Assembly: GCA_050692555.1 (NCBI GenBank)
Contig: JBOGVS010000012.1
Span: 5,993 to 69,992, forward strand
Direction: 5' to 3'
DNA length: 64,000 nucleotides
Source: Actinomycetota bacterium
GTDB lineage: Bacteria; Actinomycetota; UBA4738; CALAEC01
Shown here in pieces: positions 10,031 through 19,245 of the stretch; the first letter of the stretch is position 1; each line of letters begins with the position of its first letter. Below the pieces are notes generated by a model. The model saw only the letters and a list, made by a program, of their open reading frames with translations. It did not search any database and was not told where the DNA came from. The position numbers were made by a program, and so were the translations under genes.

Positions 10031-10887
10031 GGGTAGCCACGGTCGAGCTCGAGGCGCGGACCGCGTGGGGCCGGATCGACGGTCACGACCTCATCGACGC
10101 CGTGGACCTCGCCCCGGACCTCCAATCGTTCCTGGCCGCGGGCGGGGATGCCACCGACCTGACCAGCAGCGATGGGCCCCGGGTGGCCCTGGCGGAGGCC
10201 CGGTTCCTTCCCCCGGTCCCACAGCCCTCGAAGATCTGGTGCACCGGATTGAATTTCGAGGATTACCGGCGGATGCTGGGTCTCGAGCACCTCAAGGCCC
10301 CGAACATCTTCCTCAAGGCTCCCTCCGCCCTCACCGGCCACGACTCGGAGGTAGGGGTCCCCTCCGGCTACGGCACCGTATTCCACGAGTGGGAGCTGAC
10401 CGCGGTGGTGGGACGGCGGCTGACCGAGGCAACGCCTGAAGAGGGCCGAGCCGCCATCTTCGGGTACACGATCCTGGACGACCTGGTGTTCCACGAGATC
10501 GAACTGGTGAGCCGCGATCACCAGCAGTGGGCCAAGAACGTGGACGGCTTTGCCCCCTGCGGCCCTTGGGTGGTCACTCCGGACGAGGTGGATCCGTCCG
10601 GGGGCCTGCGGATGATCCGGCGCCGGAACGATGCGGTTGAAGCCGAATCGTCCACGAAGGAGATGCGGCTCCAACATCCTGAACTGGTGTCTTTCATTTC
10701 GACCTTCTCCACCTTGGAGCCGGGGGACCTGGTCACCGGGGGCACACCCCCGGCGGGGCCGTGCGGTCCCGGCGACGTGATCGAGGGAGAGATCGAGGGT
10801 ATCGGGACCCTGCGCGTTCGCCTCGTCGACCGGCCGGTCGACCCACGGTGGCAGGTTGTTCTGTCGGATTGGGAGGAAGACCGATGA
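10027..10887 (+). CDS. Fumarylacetoacetate hydrolase (FAH) family protein (2-keto-3-deoxy-acid dehydratase or 2,4-diketo-acid hydrolase type)
   Basis: KIWCTGLNF and GEIEGIGTL motifs of the FAH fold. ATGA overlap with dgoK. Confidence 0.75.
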   Translation: MRVATVELEARTAWGRIDGHDLIDAVDLAPDLQSFLAAGGDATDLTSSDGPRVALAEARFLPPVPQPSKIWCTGLNFEDYRRMLGLEHLKAPNIFLKAPSALTGHDSEVGVPSGYGTVFHEWELTAVVGRRLTEATPEEGRAAIFGYTILDDLVFHEIELVSRDHQQWAKNVDGFAPCGPWVVTPDEVDPSGGLRMIRRRNDAVEAESSTKEMRLQHPELVSFISTFSTLEPGDLVTGGTPPAGPCGPGDVIEGEIEGIGTLRVRLVDRPVDPRWQVVLSDWEEDR

Positions 10888-11774
10888 GGGTGTTCGAGCG
10901 CGAGGCGGAAGCGCTGATCGATCCGGGAGCCGAGCAGGAGCGGCTGGCGAGCGGTTTCCAGTTCCTGGAGGGCCCCGTGTGGCACTTCGGACGCCGGGCC
11001 CTCACGTTTGTCGATCTGGCCGGCGACTCCATGTACAGGTGGACGCAGGCCGGAGGGGTGGAGGTGCTGCGCAAGCCGAGCAACTTTGCAAACGGCCTGG
11101 CCTACGACCGCCAGGGGATGCTGCTGTCATGCGAGCACCGAACCCGGCGGATCACCCGGGAGGCGGGCGGCCAGCCGGCGACCGTGGTGGACCGTTACCG
11201 AGGAAAGCGGCTGAACGCGCCCAACGACCTCGTGGTGAGCTCCGACGGCTCCATCCTGTTCACCGACCCTCACTACGGCCTCAGCGAAGGGTTCGGGGGT
11301 CCGGGAGATCAGGAGCAGCCTGTCCGGGGCGTGTATCGGCTGTCCGCGGGCACTGAGGAGCCCGAGCTCCTGATCGACGACTTCGAGGGCCCGAACGGGC
11401 TGGCCCTGAGCCTCGATGAAGGGAGACTCCTCGTGGCGGACTCGGAGCGGAACCACCTGCGGGCTTTCGACGTTGGCGAGGGGTGGCGGCTCTCGGGAGG
11501 CGATGTGTTGGTTACGTTTCCGGAGGAAGGCGACGTACCCGACGGGCTCAAGCTCGATCGGGACGGCAACATCTTCAGCACGGGACCGGGTGGAGTGTGG
11601 ATCTGCTCGCCTGAAGGGCAGGTCCTGGGTCATGTCTCGTTTCCGGAGACGGCGGCCAACCTGGCCTGGGGGGACGATGACGCCCGAACGCTGTACGTGA
11701 CCGCCAGCACCACGCTGTACCGCCTACCCTGCCGGGTTACGGGGCACGCTCCGCACCGGGAATGGACTCGATGA
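10884..11774 (+). CDS. SMP-30/gluconolactonase/LRE-like sugar lactonase
   Basis: Beta-propeller lactonase motifs (GPVWHF, NDLVVSSDGSILFTDP, PDGLKLDRDGN). Confidence 0.8.
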   Translation: MRVFEREAEALIDPGAEQERLASGFQFLEGPVWHFGRRALTFVDLAGDSMYRWTQAGGVEVLRKPSNFANGLAYDRQGMLLSCEHRTRRITREAGGQPATVVDRYRGKRLNAPNDLVVSSDGSILFTDPHYGLSEGFGGPGDQEQPVRGVYRLSAGTEEPELLIDDFEGPNGLALSLDEGRLLVADSERNHLRAFDVGEGWRLSGGDVLVTFPEEGDVPDGLKLDRDGNIFSTGPGGVWICSPEGQVLGHVSFPETAANLAWGDDDARTLYVTASTTLYRLPCRVTGHAPHREWTR

Positions 11775-12811
11775 GGGCAGCTCGGCTGTACGGATACGAC
11801 GAGGACCTCAAGGGCGACCAGTTCCTGCGGCTCGAAGACGTCCCCGAGCCGTCCATCGAGGAGCCTGACGAGGTGCTGGTGCGCGTTGGCGGCGCCGGCC
11901 TGTGCCGCACCGACCTGCACGTCATCCAGGGCCTGTGGGACGACGCCCTCGTGGTGGAGCCGCCCTACATCCTGGGCCACGAGAACGCGGGGTGGGTCCA
12001 GGAGGTGGGCCCCGCGGTCCGTCACGTTCGCCCCGGCGATCCGGTCCTGGTCCTCCCCGGGCTTTCGGACGGCGTGTGCCCGGCGTGCCGTCGGGGGACC
12101 GACAACCTGTGCGAGTCGCTGGTGTGGATCGGGATCCAGCGCGACGGTGGCTTCACCGACCTGCTGAAGGCGAAAGAGCGGAACATGATCGGCCTCCCGA
12201 AGGGGATGGAGCCGAACGCGGCCGCCCCCTTCGCCGATGCCGGCCTCACCGCCTACCACGCGGTCAAGCGGGCCACTCGCTTGGTGGAGCCGAACGGTAC
12301 CGTCGTGGTGATCGGCGTGGGGGGCCTGGGGCACGTAGGCATCCAGGCCCTCAGGGCATTGAGCCCCGTCCGGATCCTGGCGGTCGAGATCTCCGCGACG
12401 GCCCGGCGGCTGGCCGAGGACCTCGGAGCGGACGAAGTGATCGACGGGAGCCAGGACCCGGCGGACCGGGTGCTGGAGCTGACCGGAGGGCTAGGGGCGG
12501 GCGCCGTTCTCGACTTCGTGGCCGAGGGCAACGTCCCCGGTCAGGCGATGGCCATGCTCCGCCCGGGGGGGGCCTACCTGGTGATCGGATACGGCGGGAC
12601 GCTGGAGATTCCCACGATGGAGTTCCTCACCGAGAAGATGGTGATCGGGAACGTCGGGGGGACCTCGGCCGAGATGATGGAGCTCCTGGCCCTGGCCGGG
12701 CGGGGCAAGATCCGGCTGGAGACCACCGAGTACCCGCTCGAGCGGATCAACGAGGCGATCTCCGATCTGCGCGACCTCCGGATCCGGGGCCGCGCGGTCC
12801 TGGTGCCGTAG
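11762..12811 (+). CDS. Zn-dependent alcohol/sugar dehydrogenase (MDR family)
   Basis: GAGLCRTDLH zinc-binding signature. Structural-zinc Cys cluster (CPACRRGTDNLC). Rossmann motif VIGVGGLG. Confidence 0.85.
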   Translation: MDSMRAARLYGYDEDLKGDQFLRLEDVPEPSIEEPDEVLVRVGGAGLCRTDLHVIQGLWDDALVVEPPYILGHENAGWVQEVGPAVRHVRPGDPVLVLPGLSDGVCPACRRGTDNLCESLVWIGIQRDGGFTDLLKAKERNMIGLPKGMEPNAAAPFADAGLTAYHAVKRATRLVEPNGTVVVIGVGGLGHVGIQALRALSPVRILAVEISATARRLAEDLGADEVIDGSQDPADRVLELTGGLGAGAVLDFVAEGNVPGQAMAMLRPGGAYLVIGYGGTLEIPTMEFLTEKMVIGNVGGTSAEMMELLALAGRGKIRLETTEYPLERINEAISDLRDLRIRGRAVLVP

Positions 12812-12813
12812 CG

Positions 12814-13650
12814 GTGGACGAACCGACGGTCATCGCCGCCCTCCTTACTCCGTTCGGCGAGGACGGCCGTCCGGACGTCGCCATCCTCCAGGAGCATGTG
12901 GCCTTCCTTGCCTCCCAAGGGGTGGACGCCGTCATGCCGGCCGGCACGACAGGCGAGGGCCCGCTGCTGGACGACGACGAGGTGGTCAAGCTGGTGGCCG
13001 CGGCGGTCACCGCGGGGGGTGGTCGGATCACGGTGCTGGCCCATGTCGGAAGGCCCGCTACGGACGCTACGGTTCGCCTGGCTCGCCGGGCCCTGGGGGC
13101 GGGGGCAGACGGTGTCTCCGCGGTGGTGCCTTACTTCTACGCTCTCGAGGACGGACAAATCCTAGATCACTACCGGGCGGTGACTGGGGCCATGGGCGAC
13201 GTCCCCACGTACGCGTACACGATCCCCGCCCGCACTGGGAACGAGCTGTCACCCGCGGTCGTCGCCAAGCTGGCCGACGAGGGAGTGGCCGGGCTGAAGG
13301 ACTCTACCAAGTCCGTGGAGCGGCACCGCGAATACCTCGACGCCACGCGGGGACGGCCGTTCCGGATCCTGATGGGCTCGGACGGCCTGGTCCTCGATGC
13401 CCTTCGGGCCGGAGCAGCCGGGTGCGTCTCGGCGGTGGCCAATGCCCGTCCGGACCTCTTGGTCCGCCTGAAGCACGCGTTCGTGGACGGCGACGAACCT
13501 CGGGCAGAGCGTCTCCAGGCGGAGCTGTCGGCGGTCCGGGAAGAGCTCGGTCGCGGCACGGCGTTGACGGGAATCAAGCGGGCCACCGCCGCCGTCCTCC
13601 GCGACCGGGGGGTCGCCTACCCTGAGCGCCTCCGGGGGCCGCTGGGCTGA
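12814..13650 (+). CDS. DapA/NAL-family class I aldolase (DHDPS-like; 2-keto-3-deoxy sugar-acid aldolase candidate)
   Basis: TTGEGPLL motif, DHDPS-family length and composition. GTG start immediately after the ADH stop. Only the C-terminal 278 aa of the long 11902 ORF is taken as real. Confidence 0.7.
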   Translation: MDEPTVIAALLTPFGEDGRPDVAILQEHVAFLASQGVDAVMPAGTTGEGPLLDDDEVVKLVAAAVTAGGGRITVLAHVGRPATDATVRLARRALGAGADGVSAVVPYFYALEDGQILDHYRAVTGAMGDVPTYAYTIPARTGNELSPAVVAKLADEGVAGLKDSTKSVERHREYLDATRGRPFRILMGSDGLVLDALRAGAAGCVSAVANARPDLLVRLKHAFVDGDEPRAERLQAELSAVREELGRGTALTGIKRATAAVLRDRGVAYPERLRGPLG

Positions 13651-13766
13651 CGGATCGGAACCTCGAGGAAACCGCCGTCCGCCTCGGCATCCCCATGAGC
13701 CTGGTAGAGCGGGCGTTCATACTAGTTTGGTTTTGGTCTGTAATCATAACGTCTCGGGCTGCTATC

Positions 13767-14012
13767 ATGATGGTCATGGAGCGAACGCAGATCCAGCTGA
13801 CGGAAACCCAGGCGCGAGAGCTCCGAATGCGAGCCGCGGAACTGGATGTGTCGGTAGCCGAACTTATCCGACGAGCCGTTGATCGGTTCCTGGGTGAGCC
13901 TGATCAACAGGCGGCCCGGCGACGGATGGTGAGTTCCCTCGGAGGGTTCCGATCCGGACACTCAGACATCAGCGAGGAGCACGACCGATACCTCGGGCAT
14001 GACTTCGGATGA
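13767..14012 (+). CDS. vapB: Ribbon-helix-helix antitoxin (VapB/CopG type)
   Basis: MERTQIQLTETQARELRMRAAELDVSVAELIRRAV is a classic RHH N-terminus. Overlaps the PIN gene by 4 nt. Local GC ~48%. Confidence 0.7.
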   Translation: MMVMERTQIQLTETQARELRMRAAELDVSVAELIRRAVDRFLGEPDQQAARRRMVSSLGGFRSGHSDISEEHDRYLGHDFG

Positions 14013-14410
14013 CGACCCTGGTGGATACATCGGCGCTGTTCGCTCTGCTCGACGAGGACGACGTCAACCACGAAGCGGCGACCGAGTGGATGGCAGGCCC
14101 CGGGGGAGACCCCTCGGAGATCCTGTCCACGCATTCCTATGTGGTCGTGGAATCCCTTGCCCTCGTTCGGGCCCGCCTGGCGCCTTCAGCGACCCGAGTC
14201 CTGGCAGACGCCTATCTGCCCGCGGTATCGATCCTTTACGTGGACGAAGTCCTCCACGTGTCGGCTCTCCGTGCTCACCTGGCCGCGGTTCGCCGGCGTC
14301 CCTCCTTCGTGGACTGGGTTAGCTTCGAGATGATGCGCGATCAGGGGATCGCCCGGGCCTTCGCCTTCGACAGGGACTTCGCCACCGAGGGCTTCGAGCT
14401 CGTCCCCTGA
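14009..14410 (+). CDS. vapC: PIN-domain toxin VapC
   Basis: MTTLVDTSALFALLDEDD N-terminus with an acidic residue pattern typical of PIN nucleases. Paired with the upstream RHH gene. Confidence 0.75.
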   Translation: MTTLVDTSALFALLDEDDVNHEAATEWMAGPGGDPSEILSTHSYVVVESLALVRARLAPSATRVLADAYLPAVSILYVDEVLHVSALRAHLAAVRRRPSFVDWVSFEMMRDQGIARAFAFDRDFATEGFELVP

Positions 14411-15177
14411 GGCGGTAGCTCCTCCGACGAGAGGAGCCGAGCGTCTTCCAGCGCGCCGGCAACATGGGCCGTGAGCGTGACGACCGACCCCACAACCAGT
14501 GTTGCGGGAGGGCCGATGTCCGCGCCTGCGGCCAGATCGGGGAGATCCGCAAGAGTGCCGGTCACCGAGCGCTGACGCGATGTGGTGGCCCACTGGATCA
14601 TGGCGGCGGGCTCGTCGGCGCGTCGTCCTCCCTCGATCAGGGACCGGCACGTGGCCTCGAGCCTCCCCGCAGCCATGAGCACCACGAGCGTGTCGGAAGC
14701 CGTGGCCGAGGCCCGGAGGTCGGGGTCCTGTCCGCCGGCCCCGGCCGCGGTCAGCACCGTGACGCTCGATGACAGGCCTCGGTGGGTCAAGGGGATCCCC
14801 ACCGAGGCCGGGGCAGCCACCGCGGAGCTCACCCCGGGGACGATCTCCACCGGCACGCCGGCCCGGGCGCAGGCCAGGGCTTCCTCCCCGCCGCGTCCGA
14901 ATACGAACGGGTCGCCGCCCTTGAGCCGGACCACCGACTTCCCCGCGCGGGCCCGGGCCACCAAGAGACGGTTGATGTCGTCCTGCGACCGCCCTCCGCC
15001 CGGCAACTTGCCGGCGTCCACCCGCTCGGCCCTGACGGAAGCCAGGTCCAGGAGGGCCGCAGACGACAGCCGGTCGTGAACGACCACGTCGGCGGAGCGG
15101 AGGACCTCGGCGCCCCGGAGGGTGATCAGGCGGGGGTCGCCCGGCCCCGCGCCCACCAGATAGACGATCCCGCTCAC
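14341..15177 (-). CDS. cobA: Uroporphyrinogen-III C-methyltransferase (SUMT, CobA/SirA-type)
   Basis: VYLVGAGPGDPRLITLRG and VVHDRL motifs. GTG start at residue 37 chosen to exclude the Gly/Pro-rich N-terminal extension. The C-terminal tail runs 70 nt into vapC. Confidence 0.8.
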   Translation of the reverse strand: MSGIVYLVGAGPGDPRLITLRGAEVLRSADVVVHDRLSSAALLDLASVRAERVDAGKLPGGGRSQDDINRLLVARARAGKSVVRLKGGDPFVFGRGGEEALACARAGVPVEIVPGVSSAVAAPASVGIPLTHRGLSSSVTVLTAAGAGGQDPDLRASATASDTLVVLMAAGRLEATCRSLIEGGRRADEPAAMIQWATTSRQRSVTGTLADLPDLAAGADIGPPATLVVGSVVTLTAHVAGALEDARLLSSEELPPQGTSSKPSVAKSLSKAKARAIP

Positions 15178-15821
15178 GCCGCGCCCTCCTGGAGCAACCG
15201 GCCCACCAGGCGGTCCCGAGCTTCGTCCGGGCGGCCCACTCGGACCAGGTCGCGCACCTCGTCGAGGTCCAGGGCCCGCTCCCACCGCCGGGAGCGCTCA
15301 CCCAGGTCCGGAAGGGCCGGCAGGGTCAGGTGCCGGGCCCGCTCCAGCACGACGAGCATCTCCGCCCATTCGGGCCCGAACCGCTCCTCGAGGTCGATGC
15401 GCAGCCGGCGGGCCAGGGCCGGAGACCGGCCTCCCGTGGACACCGCGATGATCAGGTCTCCCCGGCGAACCACCGCGGGAGCGGCGAAGTCGCAGTGGGG
15501 CGGATCGTCCATGACGTTGACCAGCACCCCGTGCTCCTGTCCTTCGCGGTAGATGGCCGCCCGAGTCTCGGGCTCCTCCGAGTGCGCCACACACAGGAAC
15601 GCTCCCTCCAGGTCCCCTGGCTCGAAGGTCCGCCGGAGCACGGTTATTCGGTCATCGCTCGCCAGACGGTCGAGGCGCTTCCGGGGACCGGTGGCGATGA
15701 CCGTGACCCACGCCCCCGCCTCGACCAGCGGTTCCACTTTGCCCTGGGCCACCGCTCCGGCCCCGATGACCACCGCGTTCCGATCGGCGAGCTCAAGGCT
15801 GACGGGATACCCGAACGCCAT
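15174..15821 (-). CDS. Precorrin-2 dehydrogenase / sirohydrochlorin ferrochelatase (CysG N-domain / SirC-Met8 like)
   Basis: NAVVIGAGAVA Rossmann motif at the N-terminus. ~216 aa. 4-nt overlap with cobA. Confidence 0.7.
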   Translation of the reverse strand: MAFGYPVSLELADRNAVVIGAGAVAQGKVEPLVEAGAWVTVIATGPRKRLDRLASDDRITVLRRTFEPGDLEGAFLCVAHSEEPETRAAIYREGQEHGVLVNVMDDPPHCDFAAPAVVRRGDLIIAVSTGGRSPALARRLRIDLEERFGPEWAEMLVVLERARHLTLPALPDLGERSRRWERALDLDEVRDLVRVGRPDEARDRLVGRLLQEGAA

Positions 15822-15823
15822 GG

Positions 15824-15985
15824 CTAGCTCCTGACCGCCAGCAGGCGGAGGGAGAACACCCGCGTGCACGCCTCGCAGGACCACGTTCCCTGGTCCTCGT
15901 CCGGCCGCAGCTCGTCCAGGCCGCAGTACGGGCAGTGGAACGGCTCGGCGTGCGGCGTGACGCTGGGACCGGTCTGCGTGCTCAT
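15824..15985 (-). CDS. Small zinc-ribbon protein (CPYC...CEAC), translationally coupled to sulfite reductase
   Basis: 53-aa ORF MSTQTGPSVTPHAEPFHCPYCGLDELRPDEDQGTWSCEACTRVF. Its ATG overlaps the sirA TGA (ATGA). Confidence 0.5.
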   Translation of the reverse strand: MSTQTGPSVTPHAEPFHCPYCGLDELRPDEDQGTWSCEACTRVFSLRLLAVRS

Positions 15986-17880
15986 CGCGTCGCCAGGGCC
16001 AGCAGGCCCTCGACCTCTCGTTCCGGCAGCCGGTTGACCCAGGCCGAGAAGTCCTCGCCCTCGTCCCGCTCCGTCAGCCAGCACCGGGCCAGGAGCTCGA
16101 TGAAGTTGGGGAGGTCGTCGGCGGCCACCCGGACCCCCTTGGCCTTCTTCCCGAACCGGTACTCGCCACCGAGGTGTCCTCCCAGGTGGACCTGGAAGCC
16201 GTCCACCCGCTCCCCGTTGGCCCCGGGGACCAGCGATCCCATGAGGCCGATGTCGGCCAGCTGGAACCGGGCGCAGGAGTTGGGGCACCCGTTGAGGTTG
16301 ATCCGGAGCGCGTCGGTGACGCCCGGGAGCCGCTGTTCCAGCTCCTCGATGAGCCACCCGGCGCGATGCTTCGTCTCCACCACCGCGAGCTTGCAGAACT
16401 CGATGCCGGTGCAGGCTATGACTCCGGCCCGGAACGCGCCCGGCCTAGTGGGAAGGTTCAGCGACTCGAGCTCGCCGGCCAGCGGCTCCACCCGATCCTG
16501 GGGGACGTCGAGGACCAGCATCTTCTGCTGGGTGGTGGTCCGTAGCCTGCCCCTGCCGAACCTCCGGGCCAGGTCCGCGACCTGGACGAGCCGGGAGCCG
16601 GAGATCCGTCCGGCCACCGGGGCCAGACCCACCGCGGCGTGCCCGTCCCTCTGTGGGGTGACCCCCAGGTGATCTCTGTGGACGGCGGAGGAAGGTGGGG
16701 GAGCGGGGCCGTCCTCCAACGGACCGTCCAGGTACTCTCGCTCCAGGACCTCCCGGAGGCGCTCCGGCCCCCAGTCCTTCATCAGGAACTTCAAGCGAGC
16801 CTTGGTCCGGGAGCGCCGGTAGCCGTAGTCACGGAACAGCGTGGTGACCCCCACGCATGTCTCCACGGCACGCTCGGGTGGCACGAAGGCCCCCAGGCGT
16901 TGAGCGAACATCGGGTTGGTGCCCAGGCCGCCTCCCACCCACAGGTCGAACCCGCGGCGGCCGTCGGGCAGCTGGACGCCGGGCATCCCCACGTCCATGA
17001 CCTCGTGGACCGCGCACTGCTCCCGGCACCCCGAGATGGAGATCTTGTACTTCCGGGGGAGGTTGGAGAACTCCTTGGTCCCGGTCAGCCTGGCGTTGGC
17101 GGTCAGGACGAACGGCGTGGCGTCGAGGATCTCCGAGGCCGCCACCCCGGCGAGGGGACACCCCAGGACGTTCCGGGGGACGTCCCCGCAGGTCTGCCGG
17201 GTGGTGAGCCCCACCGCGGCCAGGCGGGCCCAGATCTCCGGGACGTCCTCGATGCGGATCCAGTGGAGCTGGAAGTTCTGGCGGTCGGTGACGTCGCACA
17301 CGTCCCGACCGAAGCGCTGGCTGATCCGCCCCACTGCCTCCACCTGCTCCGCGGTGAGGACCCCGCCGGGGACCCGGATCCTCATCATGAAGAATCCGTC
17401 CTCTTCGGGTCGCTGGGTGTACAGGCCGTACCACCGATATCGGACCTTGAGGTCCTGCGGGGAGATCGCGGAGAACCCGCCCCGGGCGTGGTCGGTGACG
17501 ATCCGGTCGTAGACGTCCAGGCCGTCCTGATCGCGCTTGGCTCGCTCCGAGGCGTTCTGGGGCTCGTAGTAGCCCAGGGCCCACTGGGACTCACCACGTG
17601 GACGCGGAGCCCGTCGCTTTCGCTGATCGTGGCCGTTGGTGGGGGAGGGGAGCGGCGGATCCGGGCCGGCAGCTCCGGCTCTCCCGGACGGCTGCTCCCC
17701 GGTTCCCTCGCAGTCGGGGCAAATCACGATGGAGCACCGCTCGTCGCCGGTCCCACCTTCGCCTCCACATGCCGTGCAGGGGCCCGGTGTCCTCGAAAGA
17801 TCGTTTCTGATCGCCATCCTGGGTCCGTCTCCTCCTTCAGGGAAAAGAAAAAGGGCCGCCGGAGCGGCCCTGGTGGTCAT
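15982..17880 (-). CDS. sirA: Ferredoxin-dependent sulfite/nitrite reductase hemoprotein (SirA/NirA); start uncertain, annotated ORF carries an N-terminal Cys-rich extension
   Basis: Two nitrite/sulfite reductase ferredoxin-like half-domains. Siroheme/4Fe-4S Cys cluster (CGDVPRN...C, GIEFC). The conserved core begins near QWALGYYEP. Confidence 0.85.
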   Translation of the reverse strand: MTTRAAPAALFLFPEGGDGPRMAIRNDLSRTPGPCTACGGEGGTGDERCSIVICPDCEGTGEQPSGRAGAAGPDPPLPSPTNGHDQRKRRAPRPRGESQWALGYYEPQNASERAKRDQDGLDVYDRIVTDHARGGFSAISPQDLKVRYRWYGLYTQRPEEDGFFMMRIRVPGGVLTAEQVEAVGRISQRFGRDVCDVTDRQNFQLHWIRIEDVPEIWARLAAVGLTTRQTCGDVPRNVLGCPLAGVAASEILDATPFVLTANARLTGTKEFSNLPRKYKISISGCREQCAVHEVMDVGMPGVQLPDGRRGFDLWVGGGLGTNPMFAQRLGAFVPPERAVETCVGVTTLFRDYGYRRSRTKARLKFLMKDWGPERLREVLEREYLDGPLEDGPAPPPSSAVHRDHLGVTPQRDGHAAVGLAPVAGRISGSRLVQVADLARRFGRGRLRTTTQQKMLVLDVPQDRVEPLAGELESLNLPTRPGAFRAGVIACTGIEFCKLAVVETKHRAGWLIEELEQRLPGVTDALRINLNGCPNSCARFQLADIGLMGSLVPGANGERVDGFQVHLGGHLGGEYRFGKKAKGVRVAADDLPNFIELLARCWLTERDEGEDFSAWVNRLPEREVEGLLALATR

Positions 17881-18056
17881 CCTCGACCCTGATCTACAGC
17901 CGCACCGCTCCCATCGGCGCCTGGGGACAGGCGCACGCGGCCGGAGTACACATCCGAGTGGGGTTCATGTTCCCCGCGAGCGAGCGTGTGCGGACCATTT
18001 CCCTATCCTGAAGGTCGGATTTATACGCGAGGGGAACGGCCATGTCAAGGGCGCCC

Positions 18057-18728
18057 TCAGACTCCCAGGGCCTCCCGGACCGCGGGATCCGCCAGCGAGG
18101 GGACCACCAGGTCGGCCTCGAGCTCGGTGTCGGGGAGCGAGGGGATCCCGATCACGTACATGCCGGCCGCCCGGGCGGCGGTGACCCCGGTGATGGTGTC
18201 CTCGAGAGCCACGGCCTCTTCCGGACGGACGCCGAGCAGCTCACAGGCCCGGAGGTACAGGTCGGGGGCCGGCTTGGGCCGGTCCACGTCGTCGCCGGCC
18301 ACCACCACGGGGAACGCGCCGTCCAGCGAGGCCGTGGACAGGGCCACCTCGAGCAGGGAGCGATGGGTGTTGGAGGCCACGCCCACCGGCCGGGTCTTCC
18401 GAACGAGCACCAGCAGCTCCACGGCACCGGGCAGGGGATTCACACCCTTGACGAACTCCTGCGCGGCCAGTCCCTCCAGCTCCCGCAGCAGCTCCGAGCC
18501 TCGCCCCGGCTGAGCAAGCATCGTCTCGAGCAGGCGGGCCGACTCCGCGAACGACGTGCCGATCATCGCTCGCTTGTGCCCCAGGCCGAAGGTCTGTCCG
18601 TGACGGGCGAACAGCGTGGTCTCCGCCCGGGTCCAGGCACGCTCCGTGTCGAGAAGGACGCCGTCGCAGTCGAACACCACGGCGCCGCGGGCAGGACGTT
18701 GGGTCATCGGTTGAGCATTCTGGTACAC
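18057..18728 (-). CDS. HAD-superfamily hydrolase (beta-phosphoglucomutase/phosphatase-like)
   Basis: VVFDCDGVLLDTE motif I. Later HAD motifs (GVASN, AGDDVDRPKP). Confidence 0.8.
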   Translation of the reverse strand: MYQNAQPMTQRPARGAVVFDCDGVLLDTERAWTRAETTLFARHGQTFGLGHKRAMIGTSFAESARLLETMLAQPGRGSELLRELEGLAAQEFVKGVNPLPGAVELLVLVRKTRPVGVASNTHRSLLEVALSTASLDGAFPVVVAGDDVDRPKPAPDLYLRACELLGVRPEEAVALEDTITGVTAARAAGMYVIGIPSLPDTELEADLVVPSLADPAVREALGV

Positions 18729-18793
18729 ACATCCCAGAGCGCGCCGGCGTCTCAGCCCCCACGGGATCGGCGCACGAGCCCCAGGGAGGAGCG

Positions 18794-19198
18794 ATGACTC
18801 GAGGACTGAGGGTGACCTGGACCATCCTGGGCGTCGTTGCCGTGCTGTTCGGCGCGTTGACGGTCCTGACCGGGACAGCGCTGGTCCCGGGAGCCGGGGA
18901 CGTCCCCGCCAGCATCGACACGGAGCTGCGGTTCTACGCCGCCTGGTACCTGGGCGCCGGTCTGCTGGTGCTCCGCACCGTGAGAGGGATCGAATCGGAG
19001 GGTCGCACCGTCCGGGCCGTCTGCGCGATCCTGCTGCTCGCCGCGCTCGGCAGGGTAGTGTCGATCATCGCGGTGGGCCCCCCACACCCCCTGTTCGTGG
19101 TGCTGATGGTCATCGAGTTCGCCATCCCCGTCCTGGTGCTGCCGTGGCAGGCGGCCGTGGCCCGTCGAGCGAACCGAGGCCAGCGCCGGTCCGCGTGA
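18794..19198 (+). CDS. Hypothetical membrane protein
   Basis: Four predicted hydrophobic helices. No recognisable catalytic motif. Confidence 0.45.
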   Translation: MTRGLRVTWTILGVVAVLFGALTVLTGTALVPGAGDVPASIDTELRFYAAWYLGAGLLVLRTVRGIESEGRTVRAVCAILLLAALGRVVSIIAVGPPHPLFVVLMVIEFAIPVLVLPWQAAVARRANRGQRRSA

Positions 19199-19245
19199 TC
19201 ACCGGTCAATCCCCCCGTGGGGGAGCGGCCGTAGTACCTCATGGA

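Noticed and set aside
11902-12813. N-terminal 300 residues of the long 11902..13650 ORF
   Set aside because: It is an out-of-frame overlap with the well-supported Zn-ADH gene. Only the portion from the GTG at 12814 looks like a DapA-family protein.
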